Positions 18,784 through 28,084 are shown, counted from the first letter of the stretch. The stretch is DNA of 64,000 nt from Oscillospiraceae bacterium (GCA_031262985.1 JAISGQ010000001.1:688-64687), one strand, 5' to 3'. Program-made: numbers and translations. Notes: generated by a model from the sequence alone, not told the origin.

Positions 18784-18920
18784 TTTAGTATAAAACGGTG
18801 GGTGCGGCAAAATTATCCGCCGCGACAAGCGAGTGACACTCCCAGTTTACAGTTGAAGGCGTGGAGGGGGAAGCCGTACCCATAACTGCCAGCTTCATTA
18901 AAACTATAATTTGCAAATTA

Positions 18921-19058
18921 TTAGTTTTGCCTCCCATCTCTCCTGCATAAACAAAAGGAGATTGTTTCACGTGAAACAATCTCCTTTTACGCATTACGCG
19001 CTACAAATATCGGAGCTGAAGCCCGTTTCCATAACTGTCACCTGTCAATTGTCAACTG
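18921..19058. repeat. module of about 140 bp downstream of genes, copy B (partner of 5286-5424)
   Basis: Same order of parts as copy A. The palindrome aaaaggagattgtttcac/gtgaaacaatctcctttt (18952-18987) shows compensatory stem changes relative to copy A. The heptamers taactgt cacctgt caattgt caactg lie at 19032-19058. Confidence 0.85.
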
Positions 19059-19073
19059 AAAAAGCCTCTTTTC

Positions 19074-19616
19074 CTACCCCAGCTTTATCTCAAAGCTGTA
19101 GTTCTTCAAGTCCCCAAATTTTGCGGTGTCATGCTCCTCCACGTCTATCGGTTGGTCTGAACCGATATACACCACAAACATAGAATCATCGGGAGGATAC
19201 GCAATCCATATCTTATACTCCCCCTTTGCGGAGGCGGGAACATCCGATAGCTCGCAAGTTTCCCCTACGGGATACTTCTCCCGCAGTTCATCGCTGCCTT
19301 TCGCGTCGTGGAACATTATCTCTATGCGGTATTTCCCAAGCGAGCCGTCGTTTTCAATGAGCCGCTCTCCCCTAAAGACAGGTTCGTCCTCCTCCATCAT
19401 CCTGACACTGTAGCCCGCATTTTCGGAGTACAGCCAGCCCATCGTCACTCTGATTGCCTGCTCCCCCGAAGAGCTTTGTGTCAGCTCGACTTTCCTCACT
19501 CCGTCGGGATGAGTGTCGCCTAACACCCTCACCGCAAAGACTGCCGCTATTGATATGAGTACAACTGCTACTCCTATAGCGGAAAGGAGTAGTATTTTCT
19601 TAGTGCTTTTCTTCAT
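19074..19616 (-). CDS. membrane-anchored hypothetical protein
   Basis: 180 aa with an N-terminal TM/signal anchor (KKILLLSAIGVAVVLISIAAVFAV). Confidence 0.45.
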   Translation of the reverse strand: MKKSTKKILLLSAIGVAVVLISIAAVFAVRVLGDTHPDGVRKVELTQSSSGEQAIRVTMGWLYSENAGYSVRMMEEDEPVFRGERLIENDGSLGKYRIEIMFHDAKGSDELREKYPVGETCELSDVPASAKGEYKIWIAYPPDDSMFVVYIGSDQPIDVEEHDTAKFGDLKNYSFEIKLG

Positions 19617-19797
19617 GCTCGTACCTCCGCAATTTATTTTACTACATCATAAAGCGTCAGTGCCGTATAGTCAAGAAACAATCCAATAACAGTATTGACA
19701 CCACCTCCCCCACAAAAGTAACACTCCCGTAACTGTAGGTCACAGCAGCGGGAGTGTTTGCATTAGGAGTAGTTATCTTAGGAGTGCGGCACTCGCC

Positions 19798-20910
19798 CTA
19801 CTCCACAACAGTCAGCTTGTAGTCGGCACTGCCCAGCCCGATACGCTCGGCGTGGCTCATCTGACTGCGCCAGTCGGTGGAGGGGTGGATTGTGCAGAAG
19901 TGGTCGCCGTCGTCGTGTCCCCTCTCGCTCAATATGCTGGTAGGTATGCCCGGCGCGGCATTTACCGCGTCGATACTCGCCTTATCCACCGCAACGGGGT
20001 CGAAGCCCGCGAAAATTCCTATGTCGGGAACTATAGCCGCGTCGCTCTCTCCGTGGCAGTCGCAGTAGGGGGAAACCTGCATTACTACGTTTATGTGGAA
20101 GTTCGGACGCCCGTCAACTACAGCCTTTGCGTATTCGGCTATCTTGCAGTTGAGCATATCGTTGCTCGAATCCCACTCTGTGCCTATGGCGTGGTAGCTG
20201 CAAGTGCCTATGCACCGCCCGCAGCCAACGCACTTCTCGTGGTCGATGAACGCCTTCTTGTCCTCCCCGAAGCTTATCGCGGAGTGAGCGCAGAATTTCG
20301 CGCAGAATCTGCACCCGACACAAGCCCCCTTGTCGGCGGAGGGCTTGCCGTCGTTGTGCATAGCCATCTTGCCCGCTCTGCTGCCGCAGCCCATGCCGAG
20401 GTTTTTCAGTGCGCCGCCGAAGCCTGCTCCCTCATGCCCCTTGAAGTGGTTGAGAGAAATTATAATATCCGCGTCCATAACCGCCCTGCCTATCATGGCG
20501 GTCTTTAGGTACACTCCGCCGTTCACGGGCACTTCTACGTCGTCCGTTCCTTTAAGTCCGTCGCCGATAATAATCTGACAACCTGTGGAGAGAGGGGAGA
20601 AGCCGTTCTCCAGCGCGGATTCGGTGTGGTCGATTGCGTTTGTACGCCGCCCGACATAGAGTGTCGCGCAGTCGGTCAGAAACGGAGTGCCTCCGTTCTT
20701 CTTCACCCTGTCCGCTACTGTTTTCGCAAAATTCGGTCGGAGGAAGGCAAGGTTGCCCGGCTCTCCGAAGTGGATTTTAATAGCTGTGAACTTGTTTTCG
20801 AAATCTATGCTGTCCATTCCCGCCTTTGCCATGAGCCTGTCGAGCTTGCTGAGCAGGCTGTCTCCTACCTTGCACCTCATACTTGTAAAATAAACCTCAG
20901 ACGCTGCCAT
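19798..20910 (-). CDS. DUF362 domain protein with an inserted 2x[4Fe-4S] ferredoxin domain
   Basis: Two CxxCxxCxxxC-type clusters are present (CVGCRFCAKFC, CVGCGRCIGTC). The flanks are DUF362-like (HFGEPGN, LNHFKGHEGAGFGGALKNLGMG). Confidence 0.65.
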   Translation of the reverse strand: MAASEVYFTSMRCKVGDSLLSKLDRLMAKAGMDSIDFENKFTAIKIHFGEPGNLAFLRPNFAKTVADRVKKNGGTPFLTDCATLYVGRRTNAIDHTESALENGFSPLSTGCQIIIGDGLKGTDDVEVPVNGGVYLKTAMIGRAVMDADIIISLNHFKGHEGAGFGGALKNLGMGCGSRAGKMAMHNDGKPSADKGACVGCRFCAKFCAHSAISFGEDKKAFIDHEKCVGCGRCIGTCSYHAIGTEWDSSNDMLNCKIAEYAKAVVDGRPNFHINVVMQVSPYCDCHGESDAAIVPDIGIFAGFDPVAVDKASIDAVNAAPGIPTSILSERGHDDGDHFCTIHPSTDWRSQMSHAERIGLGSADYKLTVVE

Positions 20911-21133
20911 GTAACTACCCCTTTCATTCTATTGCTTCACTAACCTCCACATTATAGCACACATTCTGATAAAGGAGTAGCAAAACAATTGCTTTTTATA
21001 TTAATTAATCGCAAATTAACCATAGCCTGATTTCGTAGGGAGAATAGTCAATATCTACGAGATAAATACTTTTATTTGAATATTTCGTAATGCATGAGCA
21101 TAATAGTGATTTTCAAAGCCATAATATGCATAT

Positions 21134-21154
21134 AATTACGAAAATATCGTAATT
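21134..21154. promoter_or_regulatory. operator-like inverted repeat AATTACGA-N5-TCGTAATT just upstream of the island promoter
   Basis: The arms are a perfect 8 bp and end 5 nt before the -35 box. Further TCGTA/TACGA half-sites occur at 21033, 21056 and 21085. Confidence 0.4.
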
Positions 21155-21158
21155 ATCG

Positions 21159-21187
21159 TTGACTTTTCTCTTGAATGGATTTACTAT
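21159..21187 (+). promoter_or_regulatory. sigma-A type promoter of the two-gene island
   Basis: TTGACT (21159-21164), a 17-nt spacer, TACTAT (21182-21187). The GGGGGA RBS sits 7 nt before the ATG at 21221. Confidence 0.55.
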
Positions 21188-21220
21188 AGTACCAAAATAT
21201 TATATCATGGGGGAATAGCT

Positions 21221-22495
21221 ATGTTATTGATGTTCAAAGTGAAAAATTACACATCATTTAAGGATGAGACTATTTTAGACATGAGAGCAACATCATATGT
21301 GCAGCACCCATCTCATGTAATAAATTTAAGCGATAAGCTAAGCTTGCTTAAAACCAATGCAATATACGGCGCAAATGCGTCAGGTAAATCAAATTTTGTT
21401 TCTGCTATGTTCTTTTTTGAGCAATACATTTTTTCTCAATTCATATATAAAAAAGAAGATGAGGATTTTAATTTAGATGAAAATAAGCCAAGGATGAAAT
21501 TAGAGCCGTTTACTCTTTCAAATGACGTAAATAACGCTTCTGAGTTTGATATCATTTTTCTGCATGGGGGAAAGCAAATACAATATGGATTTGAATGTAC
21601 TCCAAATGAAGTTCTTAATGAATGGTTATTTATAGATGATAAAAAAGTGTTTGAACGCAGTGGAAAGGAGTTGTCATTTGGCTCTAATTATAAAAAAGCA
21701 TTAAGTGATTATAAAAAGTTACCTGAGGAAAGACTTTATGTTGCTGTGCTTGATTATTTTCTTGATAGCGAAACCAAGAAAACAATTCTTGGCGATTTTA
21801 TTGCTTTCTTTGCTAATAAATATAATGTTTTCACTGAAATTTTATTTGAATCAACTGTAAAGGGGTTAGCCGGTATGGTTGGATTTTCCCCAAAGCTGGT
21901 AACCAACAAGTCCTATCGTAAAAAGGTAGAACACTATCTCAGATTAATTGATGTTGGTATTAAACGTCTCGACATTAAAACAGAAATCAAATTAAATCCG
22001 CAAACTGGTAGAAAAAAGAAAGAAAAAGTTGTATGTACAGTGCATGATATTTATGATGAAGAAGGAAATGCTGTTGGCGAAAAGCTGTTTGATTTCTCGC
22101 AAGAATCAAGCGGCACGCTCCGATTTTTTATGTATATACAAAATATTATTGAGATGATTTCCGGCGGCGGAGTGTTTGTTGTTGACGAAATGTCTGCGAG
22201 ACTTCATCCGCTTCTCACTAAGCTTATTGTCGATCTGTTTTGTTCCGAACAAAACAAGAAGGCACAGCTGATTTTTACTACTCACGACATCTCCCTGCTC
22301 AACTCTAATCAGTTTCGGCGAGATGAGGTGGTGTTTATAGATAAGAATGTGCGTGGTGAATCGAACCTATTTGCACTTTCTGATTTAAAAGTTCGCGAGG
22401 ATGCAACCTTCAGTAAAGATTATTTACAGGGTAAATACGGAGCTATTCCCATCTTTAATTACGATGAGTTGACAGGCGGTGAGTCTGGTGAGTAG
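21221..22495 (+). CDS. ABC-type (AAA_21/AAA_15-like) ATPase, AbiLi / AriA-like defence ATPase
   Basis: N-terminal KVKNYTSFKDE. Walker A GANASGKSN. Signature-like SSGTLRFF. Walker B VFVVDEMSARLHP. H-loop FTTHD. An insertion of about 270 aa separates Walker A from the signature motif, as in SMC/OLD-type ATPases. Confidence 0.75.
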   Translation: MLLMFKVKNYTSFKDETILDMRATSYVQHPSHVINLSDKLSLLKTNAIYGANASGKSNFVSAMFFFEQYIFSQFIYKKEDEDFNLDENKPRMKLEPFTLSNDVNNASEFDIIFLHGGKQIQYGFECTPNEVLNEWLFIDDKKVFERSGKELSFGSNYKKALSDYKKLPEERLYVAVLDYFLDSETKKTILGDFIAFFANKYNVFTEILFESTVKGLAGMVGFSPKLVTNKSYRKKVEHYLRLIDVGIKRLDIKTEIKLNPQTGRKKKEKVVCTVHDIYDEEGNAVGEKLFDFSQESSGTLRFFMYIQNIIEMISGGGVFVVDEMSARLHPLLTKLIVDLFCSEQNKKAQLIFTTHDISLLNSNQFRRDEVVFIDKNVRGESNLFALSDLKVREDATFSKDYLQGKYGAIPIFNYDELTGGESGE

Positions 22496-23138
22496 AACTC
22501 AATTGTCACCACGACGTTTAATTGAAACGAAGCCAACAAACATTGGACGAATTATTATATTTTGTGAGGGCGAAACCGACCAATACTATTTTGATTATTT
22601 TGCAGAGATCATTAATAAAAACAAGTACACTGATATTGAAGTCGTTTTGGAAACTGCCAATGGAAATGCTCAGACTGTCTTAAATCTTGCTAAGAAATTC
22701 ATGAATGACGAGAAATATAACCGCAAGTATAGTAACTATGGTAAGTATTTGGCGTTTGATTGTGATGACCCATCTAATATACAAGAAGTGATACGAGCCG
22801 CCAAAGATTATGAACTTCTCATATCAAACCACTTCTTTGAAACGTGGCTGTTAATGCATTTCGAAGATATTAATACAAAGTTGACAAGACAAGCAATATA
22901 CAACAGTCTATCTAAACATCTAAACGCGGAATACAAAAAGGCGAACAAAGGACAGGTTCGTGAAATTATCCAAAACGGTAGTGTTGAAAAGGCAATAGAT
23001 CACGCAAAACTACTTGAAAAAAGATATAAGGATGAAGCAAAATCTATTTTTACAAACATTAGTGAAATGAATCCGTATACAAGCGTTCATACGCTTGTTG
23101 AGCAATTTATGATTGAGATTTCTTCCAAAGCAAAATAA
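22479..23138 (+). CDS. RloB-like / TOPRIM (OLD-family nuclease-type) protein, AbiLii-like
   Basis: It overlaps the ATPase gene by 17 nt. Motifs are IIIFCEGETDQYYF (TOPRIM Glu), AFDCDD (DxD) and LISNHFFETWLLMHFED, which match my recollection of the RloB family (PF13707) pattern. An alternative GTG start lies at 22488. Confidence 0.7.
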   Translation: MSLVSRTQLSPRRLIETKPTNIGRIIIFCEGETDQYYFDYFAEIINKNKYTDIEVVLETANGNAQTVLNLAKKFMNDEKYNRKYSNYGKYLAFDCDDPSNIQEVIRAAKDYELLISNHFFETWLLMHFEDINTKLTRQAIYNSLSKHLNAEYKKANKGQVREIIQNGSVEKAIDHAKLLEKRYKDEAKSIFTNISEMNPYTSVHTLVEQFMIEISSKAK

Positions 23139-23283
23139 CGTCCCGTGTTTTTCTTACTTATAAGCAAACGCCCTATGTGAGAGACGTCTGTTTTAAAAAT
23201 TTTAATAAATCTTTCAATAAATATTGCAAAACTATTAATGATTTGCTACAATAAAGTACAAATTACTCAAAGGAAGTGCAAAT

Positions 23284-24871
23284 ATGAACGACCAATTGTT
23301 TTTCCTGCTCGCAATGGCGGCGTATATGCTTGTTATCGTGCTGATAGGCGTATTCACGGCCAAGAGAGCAAACAAGAATTCCGACGAATTTTTCATCGGA
23401 GGACGCAGACTCGGTCCGTGGGTAGCGGCAATGAGTGCCGAGGCATCGGATATGTCCGGCTGGCTTCTCATGGGCTTACCCGGAGTAGCATACTTCACCG
23501 GAGTTGCCGACGCTTTCTGGACTGCTTTCGGTCTCGCGCTGGGAACTTATATCAACTGGCTTATCGTAGCAAAGCGGCTGAGGAAGTACTCCGTAGTCGC
23601 GGGCAACGCGATAACCGTTCCCGACTTCCTGTCACAGCGTTTTAAGGAAAAATACAAGATAATACTTGTTATCGCCTCTCTCTTTATCCTTGTGTTCTTC
23701 ACCGTGTACGGCCGGTTCGTGCTTTGTGACGGTAGGAAAGCTGTTCTCCGCCCTCTTCGGCTTTGAATATAAGTGGATGATGGCTATCGGTGCGGTGTTT
23801 GTTATAGCTTACACCTTCCTCGGCGGATTCATGGCGGAGTCCATATCCGATTTCCTTCAGGCAATTGTCATGTTTGTCGCTCTGATTGCTGTTCTCGGCT
23901 TCGGAATCTTCGCCGCAGGCGGAGTAGAAACAGTAGCCGCTAACATCTCCTCCATCCCGGGATTTGTCGATTTCTTCGGCATGGCAGCTCCTGTTACACA
24001 GGATGTAGGAGGCGTAGCTACACAGGTAGTGGAAAACGGCGTTCCCCTCTTCGGAGAGTCAACACCGTACGCGCTTCTCACGATTCTCTCCACAATGTCA
24101 TGGGGTCTCGGCTACTTCGGTATGCCGCAGGTTCTCCTCCGCTTCTTTGCTATCCGCAAGGTTAAGGAGATTCGCCGCTCGCGCATAATCGCGATAGTGT
24201 GGTGTGTCATCTCCCTCGCGGTAGCTGTATGTATCGGACTTATGGGTCGTTCGCTTTTCCCAACTGCTCATCTCACATCGGGCGGCGCGGAGAATATCTT
24301 CATCACATTCGCGACCTTCCTCTTCCACCCGATAGTTGCGGGAATCGTAATGTCGGGCATACTCGCCGCCGCAATGAGTTCGTCAGACTCCTATCTCCTT
24401 ATAGCGGCGTCGGCGGTATCTAAGAACGTATTCAAGGGATTAATCTATAAGAAGGCTACAGAGAAGCAGATTATGCTTGTAACCCGTATAGCTCTCGCAG
24501 CTATCGCCATTATTGGAATAATCATAGCTCTCGACGAAAACAGCGTAATATTTAATATTGTAAGCTTTGCGTGGGCGGGCTTCGGCGCGACCTTCGGACC
24601 TATCATGCTCTTCTCCCTCTTCTGGAAGAGAACCAACACGGCGGGTGCTGTCGCGGGTATGCTTTCGGGCGGAATTACGGTGTTCGTATGGAAGCTTGTT
24701 GTCCGCGAATACTGCGTCGATTGGGGACTTTCCTTCCTCAACATCTACGAGCTTCTCCCCGCGTTCCTCCTCTCCTGCCTGTTCATAGTGGTCGTTTCGC
24801 TTATCACAAAGCGTCCGAGCAAGGCGATAGAGGAAGAGTTCGAGCTTGCAAAGACTATCGAGATGGAGTAG
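23284..24871 (+). pseudogene. putP: sodium:proline symporter (SSS family), interrupted by a +1 frameshift near 23710
   Basis: The ORFs 23284-23766 and 23666-24871 are the N- and C-terminal parts of one SSS transporter. Removing one G of the GG at 23710-23711 restores ...LFILVFFTVY-AGSCFVTVGKLFSALFG.... Confidence 0.6.
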
Positions 24872-24999
24872 TATAGCTTATCTATGTAGTTATAGTATAG
24901 CCTTACTGCTGCAAATCCTCAAATTAACAGCACAGACAAACACCTCCGCAAATTCTTGCGGAGGTGTTTTTGCGCGGTCGAAGGAGCTGATACTACTCC

Positions 25000-25710
25000 C
25001 TAACTGCAAAAATTGTGCTTTCCGATTCTCGCGATAATGGGACGCGACCATATCCACTTATTCGTGGCGGTGGAGGGGTTATAGTAGTATATAGCTCCGT
25101 TCGAGGGGTCCCAGCCGTTAAGGGCGTCCTTCGCGGCTTTTTTCGCGGAGTCTGTCGCCGCGCTGTGGAACTGCCCGTCCTTAAGTGCGTCGAACGCGCC
25201 GTTTTGGTAGAGTACACCCGATATTGAGTTGGGGAAGGAGGGATGCTCCACGCGGTTGAGAATGACCGCGCCTACAGCTACCTGCCCCGTGTACGGTTCT
25301 CCGCGTGCCTCGCCCGAAATCATTCGCGCCAGCATATCAACGTCGGAGGAGGAGTAACCGCCGCTTCCCGAACTGCCGCCTCCCGAGCTCCCGCTGCTGC
25401 TTCCTGTAGGCAGACCGATTGCGGCGAGAGTTTTCGGTCCTGCTATACCGTCGGCTGTGAGGTTGTTCTTCTTCTGGAACTTAATTACGGCGGCTTTTGT
25501 GAGCTGTCCGTACTGCCCGTCTACCGAACCTGTGTAGTACCCCCAGTTTTTGAGCCGCGTCTGGATGTTTCTGACCTCCGTGCCGGACGAACCGACCTTC
25601 GACAAAACGTCTTCTGTTTGGTTGAAGGTCTGCGCGGAGAGCGAGAGCATACCTATATTAATGCCGAGTGCCAGCACTATTACTGTTATAATACGAAATT
25701 TGGATTTCAC
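25000..25710 (-). CDS. sleB: spore cortex-lytic enzyme (PG-binding domain + Hydrolase_2 domain)
   Basis: Signal peptide. PG_binding_1 repeat (VRNIQTRLKNWGYYTGSVDGQYGQLTKAAVIKFQKKNNLTADGIAGPKT). Gly/Ser linker. SleB-type catalytic domain (ARMISGEARGEPYTGQVAVGAVILNRV...GAFDA). Confidence 0.75.
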   Translation of the reverse strand: MKSKFRIITVIVLALGINIGMLSLSAQTFNQTEDVLSKVGSSGTEVRNIQTRLKNWGYYTGSVDGQYGQLTKAAVIKFQKKNNLTADGIAGPKTLAAIGLPTGSSSGSSGGGSSGSGGYSSSDVDMLARMISGEARGEPYTGQVAVGAVILNRVEHPSFPNSISGVLYQNGAFDALKDGQFHSAATDSAKKAAKDALNGWDPSNGAIYYYNPSTATNKWIWSRPIIARIGKHNFCS

Positions 25711-25937
25711 TGACTAATCCTCCTTTGAAGCTTTATGGAATGAACATCATCTTTGGATGATAGTATCATTTGCGAAAAAAGGAGAAATATACAATACGAA
25801 AAATAGGGTCTGTCAAAAATAAAATAATCGACACAATTCGAGAAATGTGTTGACTTTCTGCAAAAAAATGTTAGGATAATATTATAGTAAAAGTGTTTTA
25901 CAAAAGTTATTTAAAGCAATTTAAGGACGTGATTTAA

Positions 25938-27071
25938 ATGGATGAATTAAGTGCTACCATTACCGAGCGGCGGCGGCAGACCAGAAACAGTATCTACAGG
26001 TGTATTTACGACGAGTGTGCCCCCATCTCAAAGCAGGAGTTGTCGCTGAAGCTTTCGCTCAGCCTGCCTACGGTGCATCAGAACATAACGGAGCTTCTCA
26101 ACGCCGGACTGATTCAGCCCGGAAGGATGCTCCAGTCAACGGGAGGGCGTCCCGCTCAAGGCTATGTCATCGTGGAGGACGCGCGGTTTTCCGTTGGAAT
26201 TTCCATTACCAACAACCGATTCCGCCTCCTCGCCGCCGATTTGCGCCTGCGCGAGATAACCTACAAGAAGATAAAGCACGAGGATTTTCGCAGTATCGCG
26301 GATATGGGCAAGGCTCTGGCGGAGGAGCTTGAGATTTTCCTCGACGAAAACAAGCTCGACAGAGACCTCCTCCTTGGCGTGGGAGTAGCAGTCCCCGCGG
26401 TTATTGACAACATGAGGGAAGAAATCATCATGTCCCCCAATCTTAGGATGAACAATGTCAGCTATCGGCAGCTGCTCGAACCGATTGCCTACGATACATA
26501 CATAGAAAACGACGCAACCAGCGGCGGCTTTGCAGAGAGTTTCTCTCATCCCGAAATCAAAAACATGGCGTACCTCTCTATCGAAGACGGCGTGGGAGGC
26601 GCAATCATGATTGACGGAGCGCGTTATGTCGGCGCGAACCACCGAAGCGGGGAGTTCGGGCATATGTGCGTCGAACCGAACGGGCGTGTCTGCCAGTGCG
26701 GAAAAACGGGCTGTCTTGAGACCTACTGCTCGGCGGCGCGGATAACTAAGGAGCTTGGCATTGCTCCCGAGGAGTTCTTCGAGGGGATTGACGGCGGCAA
26801 CGAGAGCTACAAGGCACTGTGGGGCAATATGCTCTCCTACCTCGCAATCGGCATTAACAACGTCCGCATGGCTCTCGACTGCGACGTGGTGCTGGGAGGA
26901 TTTCTAACTCAGTACATGGAGCCGTATATGGCGGAGATTCGGCGGCTGAGCCTTGCGTGCAGCACCTTCGACTCCGACGCGGAGTTTGTGCGGCTGTGCT
27001 GTCATCCTCGCCGTGCGGTCACGCTGGGCGTGGCACTGCACTTTGTCAGGCGGTTTATTGATAATATATAG
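25938..27071 (+). CDS. ROK family transcriptional regulator
   Basis: An N-terminal winged HTH is followed by a ROK sugar-kinase-like domain with the zinc motif GHMCVEPNGRVCQCGKTGCLETY. Confidence 0.75.
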   Translation: MDELSATITERRRQTRNSIYRCIYDECAPISKQELSLKLSLSLPTVHQNITELLNAGLIQPGRMLQSTGGRPAQGYVIVEDARFSVGISITNNRFRLLAADLRLREITYKKIKHEDFRSIADMGKALAEELEIFLDENKLDRDLLLGVGVAVPAVIDNMREEIIMSPNLRMNNVSYRQLLEPIAYDTYIENDATSGGFAESFSHPEIKNMAYLSIEDGVGGAIMIDGARYVGANHRSGEFGHMCVEPNGRVCQCGKTGCLETYCSAARITKELGIAPEEFFEGIDGGNESYKALWGNMLSYLAIGINNVRMALDCDVVLGGFLTQYMEPYMAEIRRLSLACSTFDSDAEFVRLCCHPRRAVTLGVALHFVRRFIDNI

Positions 27072-27109
27072 CGGAGAACTGCTCCTGCGCGTGTGATATG
27101 CACGGCACT
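26946..27109. repeat. direct repeat copy 1 (functional 3' end of the ROK gene plus about 40 nt downstream)
   Basis: Near-identical to 28085-28249 at an offset of 1139 bp, with only a few mismatches by eye. Weaker similarity continues about 30 bp further. Confidence 0.9.
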
Positions 27110-27171
27110 CCTGCGCGTTTAATATTGCAAGCACGTTTAAATTGATATACAAAGATTAAGGTGATTCATTT

Positions 27172-27993
27172 ATGAATAGTATCGGAAAAATGATCGGGCA
27201 GGGCAATACCGCCGAAATATATGAGTATGGTGAAGACTGTGTGCTCAAATTATACCGCAGTGCTATGCCGGAACAACTTTGCCATGATGAGTTCCGCTTT
27301 ACTATGATCGCCTATCAAGCAACGCAAAAAGTGCCGCAGCCGATTGAAATTATCAGAGCAGCCGGAAGAATTGGTGCTGTATACAAAAGAATCTCAGGCA
27401 AAACCATGTTGATTCAAATGCTTAAAAAACCTTGGAAATTAAAGTACTATGCAACTCTTCTTGCCGAATATCATAATTGTATACATACGCCGGTTATTGA
27501 TGCTGAAATTCCTGATGTCAAAGATAAATTAAGGCTTGATATTCAAAGCTCCGACGACTTATCGGAAGATGAAAAACAACAAATATATTCAAATTTACTC
27601 AGTTTGCCGGACGGCAACGCCTTATGCCATTTCGATTTTCATCCGGATAACGTTCTGGTTTTTGAAAATCAATATTGCGTTCTTGATTGGATGACTGCTT
27701 GCAAAGGCGACGAATTGTCCGATGTGGCACGAACAGGCATTATCCTGAAATTCGGCAAGATGCCGAGAGTGCCCGATATTGTTAACCTCGTAGTCGGCAC
27801 TTTTCAAAAAAGCGTTTATAAAAAATATATTCGCCGCTATATTGAAATAACCGGAGCAAATATAGAGTGTATTGAAAAATGGGAGTTGGCTATAGCGGCG
27901 GCAAGACTTCGGGAATGGATACCTGCAAAAGAAAAACAAGTATTATTAAAGTTTATCAGACAACGTTTGAAACTGATTTCGTTTATTGCGTAA
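27172..27993 (+). CDS. APH-family (aminoglycoside/macrolide phosphotransferase-like) kinase
   Basis: N-terminal GQGNTAEIYEY glycine loop, catalytic-loop LCHFDFHPDNVLV, and VLDW. The gene is AT-richer than its flanks. Confidence 0.65.
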   Translation: MNSIGKMIGQGNTAEIYEYGEDCVLKLYRSAMPEQLCHDEFRFTMIAYQATQKVPQPIEIIRAAGRIGAVYKRISGKTMLIQMLKKPWKLKYYATLLAEYHNCIHTPVIDAEIPDVKDKLRLDIQSSDDLSEDEKQQIYSNLLSLPDGNALCHFDFHPDNVLVFENQYCVLDWMTACKGDELSDVARTGIILKFGKMPRVPDIVNLVVGTFQKSVYKKYIRRYIEITGANIECIEKWELAIAAARLREWIPAKEKQVLLKFIRQRLKLISFIA

Positions 27994-28084
27994 AGTTGAA
28001 GAAGCAAAGAAGTGGCGACAGGCGGGTCTGCGGATGTACGCTCTCTCTGTTCGGCAAATGCAAATCCTGCGGCAGGAAGAATTA

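Noticed and set aside
19852-20508. 218-aa plus-strand ORF
   Set aside because: It is antisense to the DUF362/ferredoxin gene, which has clear Cys-cluster motifs.
21091-21153. 20-codon ORF (MHEHNSDFQSHNMHIITKIS) upstream of the island ATPase as a leader peptide or small third gene
   Set aside because: It has no RBS and overlaps the operator-like palindrome. It is too short to support from sequence alone.
21221-22495. The ATPase as the nucleotide-binding subunit of an ABC transporter, or as a full OLD/Gabija GajA nuclease
   Set aside because: There is no permease or substrate-binding gene nearby, and a long insertion separates Walker A from the signature motif. The TOPRIM part is not fused but is encoded by the next gene, so a split AbiL/PARIS-like pair fits better.
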